Shown: one piece after another, positions 26,351 through 37,698 of the stretch
Layout: each line of letters opens with the position of its first letter
Position numbering within the stretch: position 1 is the stretch's first letter
Source: Yuukianura sp. NJ FZ-2021
Lineage: Eukaryota
Length of the DNA stretch: 64,000 nucleotides
Direction: 5' to 3'
Assembly (NCBI GenBank): GCA_046563655.1
Contig: CM102289.1
Coordinates: forward strand, 4,216,001-4,280,000
Notes under the pieces: model-generated
Database searches by the model: none
Seen by the model: the letters and a program-made list of their open reading frames with translations, nothing else
What the model was told of the DNA's origin: nothing
Program-made: the position numbers and the translations under genes

Positions 26351-29300
26351 ATGGACACTAGTGATGATTTGGTGGAAGAAGAAGTTCCAATAGAAGTAGA
26401 ACAAGCCCAAGGTTCATTTACGTTCGTTCATCTTTCACCTGCCTCGCTGTACGGGTCAGATAGATCATCCCGCGCATCTTCCGAAGACAGTACTGGAGGA
26501 AATGGATGCGAAGTCAAATCACCCCAGATCACGACAACCCTGCTTGGTCCTGGACAACAACAACATCGTTCGCGAAAAGGAAATGGCCAAAAAGAAGAGC
26601 AAAGGTCAAAGGCCATAGCTGTGTCAACGGGTGACGAAGAACGAAGTTTCTATCCGCGAGTCATCGGAGCCACAAAGAAGGTGAATCCGGACGTGGGCTC
26701 TCCATATTTGGGATCATCCGAAGGTTCGTCTTGGTTTAAACTATTCTTTTATATTTTGGAAATGCCGCCGACCGATTCGGGGAAGCGGTGGTGCCCTCTA
26801 CACTCGTAAAATTAGCCAATGAAGGTCCGAATTCTAAATTGAAAAGTGCTGAGAAATGCAAAGTATGATCCATGAATGTGGGCGTTTTCAATTCGAAAGG
26901 TCATAAGCAAAGCTTGCTCGCTGTTCCCTGGTCAATTGGATAACTAGAAATTAAAATTCAGACGAATCAGACTTTTAGTCAATCCTGTAGCTATTCGGTA
27001 TAGAATCTAGCCCAATGCAATCTTTAGGTATAATAATGCTTAACATCAAATGGATCTCTGAAGAAAGAATTGCGTGAGATCGAGACGGACGAGGCAAAAA
27101 AGATTTCACTTTTTAGTTTATTTTGATTTTTCATCTCTGTTTTTAGTGTAGGCGGTGGGCTGAGCTCATCCTTCTTTGGTAAGAATGAGGGTGGATGTGG
27201 ATGATGAACACTTTGAATTTGACTAGGAGAAATCGTTAGTCTGTTTTTGGTGTCAGCTCGACTCGAGGTGTGGCTCAAATCAATGAATTTGTGAATACTA
27301 ACTGGTCGTTTTGTTAATTTGTAGGAACTGGGCCGATAATAATCGTTGAACCGGAGAGCGACGAAGAACGAGACCAAGACGAAGAGGGAGAGAGAAAAGT
27401 TATAGAATTACCCATCGAAGTCATTTCTGTTCGAACTCTATCTCGGTCACCAAGTCCCGGAAGTGATTTCGGAAATACAGTAAATGAGATGACCTCTCCA
27501 CGGCCTGTCACCCCTAAAAATGACGAATCGTTTTGGGATAAGATTGGAACCCTTGGAAGAAAAAAGAAAATTAAAGAAGGTAATTTTCTGTGTTCCTACT
27601 TCGTACATTAACCTCTACTTTTAGCTCTGACGGAACTGGTTGATGATTGATATAATTTATTTTGCAGTCCAAGAATTCGAGGAGGAAGGCAAGAATGCAA
27701 TAGAATCACCCGGAAGTCGCATGGCATTTGATATTTCGCCAGAAGATTACGATCTGGGTAAATTCTATTTTCATAGGTAACTAATACTCAGCAGTGAATG
27801 TAAATTGAAAATTTTATTGTTGTGCTTCTTTTAGCTGAGGGAGAGGAACGTTCATTGATTGAAAGAAGAAGTTATTCGGACCCTAAGTTGCAGCAACTGG
27901 TTGGATTGCTCATTGATTGGATTAACGACGAATTGGCAGACCAGAGGATCATTGTCAAAAGCATTGAAGATGATCTTTACGATGGACAAATATTGCAAAA
28001 ATTGCTTGGTAAGTCGAATTTATTTTTTGCGAAGAGTGTGCGTAAGCCACAAGAATTTAATTTTACCTTATTAAATTATAGAGAAACTGACTGGAAACAA
28101 ATTGGAAGTGCCGGAAGTTTCGCAATCAGCTGAAGGACAACGGCACAAGTTAGAAGTGGTTTCAATCGCAGCAACTTTGGCACTGGGCCTTCCTAGATGG
28201 ACAGTGCAGAAGTGGAGCGTCGACGCTATTCATTCTAAGAGCTTGGTGTCCATTCTATATCTATTAGTAGCTCTGGCCAGACACTTTCGAGCACCACTTC
28301 GGCTTCCGGAGAATGTGAATGTTGAAACGGTCGTCGTCACGGTAACACATTCAGTTAACATTAATCGCTTAAAATTCAGTCTGTACTCATACGTTGTGCC
28401 GTTGTCTTATTGCAGAAAAAGAATGGAAAACTGGAGTACAGGCGGGTGACGGAGGAGATCACCTCTACTTATGACGAATTCGGCATGCGATGTGAAAGAG
28501 ATGCGTTCGATACGCTGCTGGACCATGCGCCGGACAAACTCCAAGTGGTGAAGCGGGTATAATACCTACACATAAAAATAGCAATTAGTATTTTCCCTGA
28601 ATCAGGGACCCTGATTAAGAATAATACAGCGGTGAAGTTTCGGAATCGGGGGTGGCCCAGATTTCGACACCATGTTTGCTCCTAGACTAATGTCACAGCG
28701 CTGAAACCGATTGAAAGAATTTTTCGCCGGGAATGAACGGAAGTATTTTTTTTTTGAATTTTCAAAATTGAAATTTCGCCTTAAGGGCACATTAACTTTT
28801 AGTTAGTACAGTTAACTTTTTCTGAAAATAATGTTTTTGCTTCTATTTTGCCTGCGTAGGCTAGGTTTGTTAAAGCGTTAAACAATGTTTTTATAACGTT
28901 TAGGGTAGGTTTGGCTAGGTTCCGAAAAATGTGATTTTTTTTTAAACCTAACTTGTGTCCTGATGGGAAAATTTCAATGTTCAAAATTAAAAAAAATACT
29001 TCCCTTTCTTTCCGGGGAAAAATTAATTTCATAATCGTTTTCAGCAACATCGAATTAGTCTAGGAACAAACACGGCATTGGAATCCGGACCACTCCCCGA
29101 TTCCGAAATTTTTCCTCACTCTTCATTTCTCACAGAGTTTAGTTGCTTTCGTGAACAAGCATCTGAACAAGATCAATTTGGAAGTGACCGACTTCGATAG
29201 TCAATTTCAAGACGGAGTCTATATGTGTCTACTGATGGGTTTGCTCGAAGGTTACTTTGTACCACTGGCGGAGTTTCATCTCACGCCAAGGGATTTCGAG

Positions 29301-29544
29301 CAGAAAGTTTTCAATGTCGCCTTTGCTTTCGAACTTATGGAAGACGCAGGAATCAGCAAACCCAAAGCACGTCCTGAAGGTAACAACGTTTGGTTGGATT
29401 TAAGTTTCGTAACGCTAATTCGAAAGGAATTCGTAACGCTAATGAATTAATGGTTAATGGTTTGCAGATATTGTCAACGGTGATTTAAAGTCAACGTTAC
29501 GGGTGTTGTACAATTTGTTTGCGAAGTATCGTCACATTGGATAG
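26351..29544 (+). CDS. parvin: Parvin (tandem calponin-homology focal adhesion protein), 8 exons
   Basis: Exons 26351-26723, 27325-27579, 27668-27757, 27835-28008, 28082-28341, 28416-28556, 29136-29379, 29468-29544 join in frame. Parvin signatures ESFWDKIGTLGRKKKIKEV, WINDELADQRIIVKSIEDDLYDGQILQKL, RDAFDTLLDHAPDKL, LLMGLLEGYFVPL, RPEDIVNGDLKSTLRVLYNLF. Use of the first exon is less certain. Confidence 0.93.
28637..29110. mobile_element. Degenerate MITE with ~150-bp imperfect inverted arms in parvin intron 6
   Basis: tttcggaatcggggg...gtttgctcctagactaat...ggaagtatttttttt is mirrored by aaaaaaatacttcc...attagtctaggaacaaac...ccccgattccgaaa. Confidence 0.6.
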
Positions 29545-31026
29545 ACCGAGGTAGTGGATCTAACTTCAGTATTGTTTTGTAACGATTAGAGTTAGGGATC
29601 TTACAAGTTTAACCACCCAACGGAATACTAACGGCATAAGTTAATTTATGACTATAACAAAAACTGATTAACCCAGTATGAAAGATAGTACTCCAGCAGG
29701 ATTGCTGCAGACCTCCCACTTTTACGGAGATAGTATTACACTTGTTGCGTTGCATGCATTAAGCCTGTTTTCTTAAATTAAATTGAAATCATATAAAAAA
29801 TAACCTAAAACAGCTTAAAAAAAATAAAATGACAAAAATAATAATTTAATAATTTCGATGGAATTTCTGTGCGAAGTGGACTCCTGAGATTATTGTATTC
29901 CTCGGTTTAATGATAAAAAAAAGTCCTTCATATGAATTCAACACAGTCTTGCCTAACAGGAAGTGACCGTGACCCCATAAGACTATAAAAAAATAATCAA
30001 ATGAAAATGATTGACTATCCTGAACCTGAACTCATGCAAAAACCAAACAAGAAGAGCGTGGCGATTTCTCTGATCTGTAAACGGTTGCAGTTCCTAATCC
30101 TAGGATTTCTCGGATGCTTTTGCTTGCGATTCGCATGGGCTTGAGACAGACGCTCTTATACTTGCGAGTGTACTTCGGCAGTAATATTCTGCGACTTCAC
30201 AAATTAAACAATTTTTAACCCACAAACTTGTTCCCATTAATGAGTTAAAAAAAGCCTAAAACGTGTTGGAATACTGCTGCATAGAAAGATTTGTTTATTA
30301 GTACCATCCAAAATTGGGAAAACTGCAAACGGATTTTAGGTTTATATGCAACATGCAAAATCTGCAACCCCTTTATGTAATTCTAAGATTTTAATAGCGC
30401 AACATCTTAACAATTCCTTTGGATACAACTGCTAATTTCAAGGACTAAATGTTCAAGCCATGTTCTATTCTGCTCTTGATGAATCATAGTTTAAGTCAGG
30501 TCATGGAAGATTGCTTCGAACAAAATTGCTTCTAAAAAATTCGTTTCTAAAGTCACGTTATTTCAAAAGCTATTATTGCTTCTAAAAATACTTTAAGTAG
30601 GTTAATAGGGGGTAGGGAACCCGTATTATCAATATCATTAGGAAAATTAAACTTCGTACCCGGTAAGTATCACTCTATGTATTCTCTTAAATGTAGTGGC
30701 GCTGGAATATTTGGCATGAGGGAGGGGAGTAAATGGGATTTATTCCATTAATAGAAGTCAATTTATGATCGGCGATTGCAATTTAGTTTTCGAAGGCTAA
30801 CCTTAATCAAAAGTCATCCAAAGTTCTGTCTGTCATAGACAAAATGAAAGGTTCTTTCGAGTGACGCTAAAACTAAAAAACGGTTTTCTAAAATTCAACT
30901 CACAAGCAACAGCAATATTAATTATTTCTGAAGAGACAGTTTTGAAGAATTGGTTGATTCTTGACGAGATTCTTCCAAAAACACTCCCAACCAAATCCTT
31001 GGCCGACTTTAGCGGTTCCAGGTCAT

Positions 31027-31363
31027 AAAAGGGCTACTCCAATAAAGGCTACTTTCAATAACGGCTTCTTTAATTAAAGTAAAGTCACTGTTGTCTTCCC
31101 GCGTTTTAAACCTAACCGTCTTACAAAATATATCACATTAAAAATCAAGACACACCTTCGTAATTGCATAAGGGCATCTTTATTGCCCTAAAAAAGCTTT
31201 GATATTGAAAACACTAATCACTATTGTAATTAAATTAAGTATTCTAGGTAACATAATCTAGGTAACAGTGCGTTTACTTTATTTAATTAAAATAGTCCTC
31301 GCTGAAAGTAGCCCTTGTTGGAGTATCCCACACATTTTAAGGCGCTTTTTGAGTAGCCCTTTT
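31027..31363. mobile_element. Possible small MITE remnant
   Basis: aaaagggctactc / gagtagccctttt terminal inversion, plus an inner pair gggctactccaataaaggctactttca / tgaaagtagcccttgttggagtatccc. Confidence 0.4.
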
Positions 31364-32286
31364 TAATTTAACACTTGTCACTTGCTACTACTTTATCTTG
31401 GCTGTTTTTTGCTCGATACAGAGCGGCACACGTTAAGGATATGCAAATTTTTAATTTGCAAAACTCTTAGTTCGGCAAGTTTTGAAAGTTTTAAGAAGCA
31501 AGTATTTTTGGATTGATTTCAACAAATCGACTTTTTGAAAACAGTAATTCTTTTGTAACTTTCACCGTTTCTTCCTAAATTCTTACAACTCCTCTTGAGT
31601 ACAGTCCTAACCACGCTGTACCTTGTTTTACAAGCCTCATCAAATCAGATATTGGCCACAAACTCGTCTATAAAAGACCCCAACGCTGAAGCGGTGTTTC
31701 CAACGTTGTTCATGTTAAATTAAACCGACAACTGGATCGTATTTCCCGTTTCTGTGGTGGCGGACCAACTTGTTCAATTTGGCTGATACTTTCCTAAACG
31801 GTTTTCCGTAAGAACAAATATAAAATAATTCAATATAATATTCGAAACAGTATGTTAGCCAGTAAGTAGGTTGAAACTGATAAGGTTTATTGGTATAACG
31901 CAAGGTTTCAATGTTAATTTAAGCTAACCATATAAAACAAATACCAAAAAGCGTCCATCTTTTCAGTAAAAAACGACTACCAGTTGCGGCCTTTTAGTAA
32001 TCCCAAATCCAAATTTTATAGGGAACATCAAATCACATTTTGCTTCAACTTCCTTTGTTCTTTGGTTTGTATATGTTAAGAAACACTCGTACAATTGGTA
32101 AGAACAGAATCTTGTAGAAAAACTGGGGTCTTTCTCATCTTTATTAAAGAATTGTGCTTATGCATCGTACAGAAATTAAAATTTAATATCACAATTAGAT
32201 ACATCAGGTTTCATAAAGTTAATTGAATTAATCAGAGTTATTTACAGAGTTATGAATTGTTAAATATATTATTTTGTGTTTAGGCT

Positions 32287-33486
32287 ATGGAAGTCGCTGA
32301 AGATTTTAATGTAACTCCAGCGGTAAAGGACAAGAAGAGTGTCATTAGGATCCAGCGCTTGAACAAGCTTATTTTTCGTTTCCAGCGATTTTTAAAATTT
32401 AGCTCCTTCGATTACAAATGCGGTGAACAAGAACCAGACTCCTTGACCATTGGAAGCGATTATAAGATGGTCCGCTATATCCGGTTACTTCCCGTCCTGA
32501 TCGTAGGAACCTTTCTGGTCTTAAACAACGTCGAAGCCGTTTCCGGAGCAACTTCAAAATTTGAAACGCTGTACATTTTCGGACTCAACGGCATCTTTGG
32601 ATCAATGTTTGCTGCTGACGTATTCCTTTTGTTTGAGTCAAACGAAAGCCTAGGAATAGCCGTCATGAATATTATTTTCAAGATGCAGTTCCGCTATTTC
32701 GAAAGGTCTTCAAGAAGTTATGAAATTTGTTGCCTAGTATTTGCAAATTTTGCTACTGTGTACCCCCTGTTCTATATTGGTGGTTTGTACACTACGACTG
32801 TGTACATGCCAGCAACTATGGACAAGGTCATGCGCATTGCCAATTTTTTTGCATTAATTTGGTTTGACGCAGATTCTGACGCAGGAAAGACGGCTATTGT
32901 TGTTGCAAAATTTGTCATGATCCTCATCTTATCAATTTCCCTTGGTCATGCACTCATGGCTTTGGCCTTAGTCGGGCATTGGATAATCACTTACAATTTC
33001 ATTCTGTTGGAATCCCTTAAATTTACTAGTTCCGATACATTTCAAAAGTCCTTTTCTACAGAATACATGCAGTTCAAGGTTCTAGCGGCTGCAGCAGGCA
33101 AATTATTCAACAGGATTTTTACTGTCTTTTACGTTGGACTATTGTTGACCGTAGTTATGTTTTCTTATATGCTACTCAGTGTTAAACAACTTCCTACATT
33201 TTTTATTGTCCCTTTTGCGGCATGCGTTGCTTGTGTTACACTCATTTGTAGTACTTGGTTTGAAATGATGACAAATACTTGTTTGACTTCCTCGGAAATC
33301 ATTTACTTGAGAAAACAAAAGCACTACAAATCACTTTCGCTGCAAAAGTATAAATTTTGGAGCGGGATGATGCCAATCAGAACTCAGGTAGGTGGGAGCT
33401 TCAATTTTGAGAGCAAAGAATTTTTGCTTGTAATTTGGGGCGACATTGTATTTCAAACTATCATCGACTTACTCATGGCATTCTAG
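32287..33486 (+). CDS. Intronless 7TM gustatory-receptor-like chemoreceptor (399 aa)
   Basis: About 400 aa with multiple hydrophobic helices. The C-terminal region (PIRTQVGGSFNFESKEFLLVIWGDIVFQTIIDLLMAF) has the layout of the arthropod GR/OR-superfamily TM7 end. Confidence 0.65.
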   Translation: MEVAEDFNVTPAVKDKKSVIRIQRLNKLIFRFQRFLKFSSFDYKCGEQEPDSLTIGSDYKMVRYIRLLPVLIVGTFLVLNNVEAVSGATSKFETLYIFGLNGIFGSMFAADVFLLFESNESLGIAVMNIIFKMQFRYFERSSRSYEICCLVFANFATVYPLFYIGGLYTTTVYMPATMDKVMRIANFFALIWFDADSDAGKTAIVVAKFVMILILSISLGHALMALALVGHWIITYNFILLESLKFTSSDTFQKSFSTEYMQFKVLAAAAGKLFNRIFTVFYVGLLLTVVMFSYMLLSVKQLPTFFIVPFAACVACVTLICSTWFEMMTNTCLTSSEIIYLRKQKHYKSLSLQKYKFWSGMMPIRTQVGGSFNFESKEFLLVIWGDIVFQTIIDLLMAF

Positions 33487-33725
33487 GAAAAAAAAGTGCG
33501 ATGACTTATTTAATTATTATATATTATTTTATTTTAGTTAATTAAAATCACCAACTCAGAGTTACTGCTTAAACTTAATTTGCTAAAAGTCTAAACTTAA
33601 CTCCGTTGAATTATTAATTCCAACTATTGCATAAGAGGCTTGTAAGAATTTCAAAGAAACATTTAGTCTGCTTTGGTTGTATTTTATTGCAAGTTATGAA
33701 TTTCAAATAAAATCTTGTTTGCACA

Positions 33726-34168
33726 TTATCCAAACCAATAGCCGCGTCGGTAGTATGGACGGTAATAGTTGTTGTATCGTACATGTGAGTGGCCATCGGA
33801 GTAGTAGTCGTGACAATGGTCATGGTAGCAGTGAGAGTGGTCATAATGTTGACGCTTCAATCTCGTTTTTCCATCGACTTCCACAGAACTCTCCTCGATT
33901 TCAGAATTTTTCTTTGGTAACGTTTGTGAAGTTTGTACTTTTCCCAAATTCAAATTTGAGTCGTCTCCAAATTCGGTTTCAGCAATTGAAACTTTGGCGT
34001 GATCTGTGTCAGGAAGAATTCCATCTTGGACTGTTGGTAATGAAGTTGCAATTGTTTCAACTAATACTAAATTGAAAATTCCAATTGAAATCCATGACGC
34101 GGTCCTCTGGAAAGAAAAACGCCATTAAAATTTCTTTGTGTATTTTATTTGATGAGAAAATTTACCAT
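33726..34168 (-). CDS. Secreted prepropeptide with furin site and His/Tyr-rich mature peptide, 2 exons
   Basis: ATG 34168-34166, a 59-nt GTAAAT...CAG intron, then exon 34106-33726: MRTASWISIGIFNLVLVETIATSLPTVQDG...EIEESSVEVDGKT-RLKR-QHYDHSHCYHDHCHDYYSDGHSHVRYNNYYRPYYRRGYWFG*. Confidence 0.75.
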
Positions 34169-34959
34169 TGTAAATCTGGTAAAAAGTCCAGGCAAAGAAG
34201 AAATAAAAGCAGAATACGCAGATAACTTGTAGATTTTTGAAAAATTGCCTAATGTGAGATTTGCAATTAATTTCGGATTTTGAGTTTACGACTTCCACAA
34301 GCTTTGTCTTTTTAGTATTTTTACAGAATGTCACTACGGACAAGGTCAGTTTCAATTTATATACTGGAGGTCCAGCTATTATAATGTCATTTCTATGAAC
34401 TTCAGTACAAAAAAGACTATGACGATAATGCGGCAATAAACAAAAAAGATGAGTTGCATAACCAAGCCTTAACTTCTTTGTTCAGTTTTATTCCGCTAAA
34501 GGCAAATTTCGATTGTAAAAGTCAACAATCCATTTCGTTTAAACATTTTTTGCAGCTATATTCTAGGAATCTTGGCTCAATAGTTATAACAATTAGTTCC
34601 ACATCACTTTTCAATGTCCAACAACTAGTTCTTGACTGGAATGGGTTGGATTTTTCAATGGGGCATCGTCTTTTCTTTCGTCACCAGTTGGATACAGGAT
34701 ACAGCAATTGAAAAACATTTGATTAATGTGTTGACAATGGTGCTTGACTAATTCCTTCATTAAATGAAGGATTTAAGACAAGAACCACAAAAAAGCGAAA
34801 ATTGACAAAACTGCGTAAGCAGCTTTAAGAGACTTTACGAAAGCTTTGTTTTCTATGGAGGGATATTAGTAGCAAAACTAATTAAACTTTCCCCCGCCAA
34901 TTAAAGTTTCCCCAATTAAAAAAGTTAACTTTCGCCAATTAATCAATTGGCGGAAAGTT

Positions 34960-35200
34960 AATCGGGGAAAGCTAAAACGGGGAAAAGTTAATTGGGGGGA
35001 TTTTAAACGGCGAAAAGTTAAATGGGGGGATTTTAAACGGCGAGAAGTTAATTGGGGGGATTTTAAACGGCGAAAAGTTAATTGGGGGGATTTTAAACGG
35101 CGAGAAGTTAATCGGGGGGATTTTAAACGGCGAAAAGTTAATCGGGGAAATTTTAAACGGCGAGAAGTTAATCGGCGAAACTTTAAACGGCGAAAAGTGA
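34960..35200. repeat. 30-bp tandem array (aaacggcgaaaagttaattggggggatttt), left arm of the foldback element
   Basis: Directly visible units. They generate the spurious (PPINFSPFKI)n ORF. Confidence 0.9.
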
Positions 35201-36484
35201 GTGTTTCCCGTCAATAGATTTCTCCCCCCAATTGATTTCACAAAAATACTCAGAGATGATACCGGGCACCTGTAATATATGGGCACCCAAATTATATCAT
35301 ATTTATTTCAAATCTTATGTAAATTAAATTAAACTAATTTCAAAACTAATTAAAATTTTCAATTATTTTTAATTAATATTTAGCACACTTAGTTTACCAT
35401 TAATTAACTTATAATACATTAATGGTTGAATTTAATGTTGCCCATGTATGATGTAGGCGTTGTGACATGGTAAATGACTTTTTCATTTACCATTTTGTTT
35501 TGAAATCATATAGAAACAAGTTCTTAGGTTTCAAACCAATTTAACCATTTTTAATTAAGTTTAAGTTTCTAAGTTGAAGTCAGGTGCCTGGTCTAAAAAA
35601 GTCATGTCAGTTGAACCAACTGCTGCTGGAAGCAATTTCTGGATACCATTCTCTCATCAACGTTAAGGTCAGTGCATAATGAATTTGTAAAGGGCCCCCT
35701 ATTTTTCAATCGTGTTTTTGACCTTAACCAAAGTCAAACTTAATGCTTGCTGTATATTAATTCACTTTTCAGAGCAGCAAACTTCTGAGTCTCCTGAGTC
35801 TTCTGAGTCTCCTGAGTCTTCTGAGTCTGAGTCTTCATTCTCCTCAGCATTAGCAATCCGGGGACAGTCTGGAAAAGCCGGAATGACATTGTCCAAATAA
35901 TGATTCAAGTTCTGAAAAGTGAATTAATATACAGCAAACACGATTGAAAAATATGGGCCCTTTACAAATTCATTATGCACTGACCTTAACGTTGATGAGA
36001 GAATGGTATCCAGAAATTGCTTCCAGCAGCAGTTGGTTCAACTGACATGACTTTTTTTAGACCAGGCACCTGACTTCAACTTAGAAACTTAAACTTAATT
36101 AAAAATGGTTAAATTGGTTTGAAACCTAAGAACTTGTTTCTATATGATTTCAAAACAAAATGGTAAATGAAAAAGTCATTTACCATGTCACAACGCCTAC
36201 ATCATACATGGGCAACATTAAATTCAACCATTAATGTATTATAAGTTAATTAATGGTAAACTAAGTGTGCTAAATATTAATTAAAAATAATTGAAAATTT
36301 TAATTAGTTTTGAAATTAGTTTAATTTAATTTACATAAGATTTGAAATAAATATGATATAATTTGGGTGCCCATATGTTACAGGTGCCCGGTATCATCTC
36401 TGAGTATTTTTGTGAAATCAATTGGGGGGAGAAGTCTATTGACGGGAAACTCAATTGGGGGGAGAAATCTATTGACGGGAAACA

Positions 36485-36740
36485 CTCACTTTTCGCCGTT
36501 TAAAGTTTCGCCGATTAACTTCTCGCCGTTTAAAATTTCCCCGATTAACTTTTCGCCGTTTAAAATCCCCCCAATTAACTTTTCGCCGTTTAAAGTTTCG
36601 CCGATTAACTTCTCGCCGTTTAAAATCCCCCCAATTAACTTTTCGCCGTTTAAAATCCCCCCAATTAACTTTTCGCCGTTTAAAATCCCCCCAATTAACT
36701 TTTCCCCGTTTTAGCTTTCCCCGATTAACTTTCCGCCAAT
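36485..36740. repeat. 30-bp tandem array (inverted copy), right arm of the foldback element
   Basis: Reverse complement of the left array with a slightly different unit number and order. Confidence 0.9.
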
Positions 36741-36994
36741 TAAATTTTCGCCAATTGATTAATTGGCGAAAGTTAACTTTTTTAATTGGGGAAACTTTAA
36801 TTGGCGGGGGAAAGTTTAATTAGTTTTGCTACTAATATCCCTCCATAGTTTTCTTTATCAACTCTCTGTGACCAGCCTAATTAAAGTTCATCGAAAAATA
36901 AATTGATTGAAACGGTTTATAAACCATATCCAGCTGAAAGCGAAACAGTAGCTTTTGATTCATTTTTAAAGTTGTTGTTTTCTTTGTTTCCAAA

Positions 36995-37333
36995 ATGAAG
37001 CTGTACATAGTTGGCCTTATGATGGTTATTTTTGTTGGCGTCTTCCTTAATTTTGCAACAGGTTAGATTTTTGTATTTAGCCTTGGAAAGTATTGCTTAG
37101 ATTTCTAACAACTGGCAAATATTAAGCTTCTTTTAAATCTTTTAGGAGACTGTTTTGGCAATGCTAATGGACAGGGCTGGCGCTATCACTGTACAGTGAA
37201 ACAAGAATGTCAGGGCATTGGAGAGTCGGCAGAGGAAATTGAGCGATGTGAGCGGCGCTACGACCAAGCCCAAGCGGATCCTGCATACAAGCAACGCGTT
37301 TGGTCCAACAAAGAGTACTTGTCAGATATTTGA
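36995..37333 (+). CDS. Small secreted 4-Cys protein (~84 aa), 2 exons
   Basis: Exons 36995-37061 and 37146-37333: MKLYIVGLMMVIFVGVFLNFATG-DCFGNANGQGWRYHCTVKQECQGIGESAEEIERCERRYDQAQADPAYKQRVWSNKEYLSDI*. Phase-1 intron right after the signal peptide; aataaa at ~37412. Confidence 0.8.
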
Positions 37334-37698
37334 AATCTTTGGTTAAAAACCGACCTTCAATGTTCAGAAGGCAAATCAGAAAACTCTTAAAGTACCAAAC
37401 AACAAAATATAAATAAAAGTTGATTTGTCAAAATTCACAATGCAAAAATTTTGTTGTTACCACACTAGGTTATAGCTTCCCACGTCCTTTTAGCCAATGC
37501 CAATCAAATTTATTGCTGGTATTCGACAGAGTTTGATTCAACATAAATACTTTCTGTAATTGCGGTGAAAAATCCACATACGCATAGTAGAGCAAAGGCA
37601 GTACAACAACTTTTTTTGCTGTTGTGACGAGTATTATTTTTTATTACTAACAATAAGTAAAATTATTAACATTTCAGGAAGTGTTGATTTTCATATCT

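Larger units (their letters stand above)
34853..36848. mobile_element. 2-kb foldback/palindromic non-autonomous element with ~920-bp inverted arms containing 30-bp tandem repeats
   Basis: Termini ctatggagggatattagtagcaaaac / gttttgctactaatatccctccatag. Arms ~34853-35773 and ~35910-36848 are near-perfect reverse complements. Flanked by a direct repeat (TTTT, or GTTTTC if the termini are tatgg/ccata). Confidence 0.88.

Noticed and set aside
33614..34075. Thr-rich minus ORF and 132-aa plus ORF overlapping the His/Tyr peptide gene
   Set aside because: Alternative-frame and antisense shadows. Only the RLKR frame has a spliced ATG and signal peptide.
34972..36714. Mirror ORFs encoding (PPINFSPFKI)n, and a CRISPR-like look of the arrays
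   Set aside because: They arise from 30-bp tandem units in the foldback arms. There are no unique spacers or cas genes, and the context is eukaryotic.
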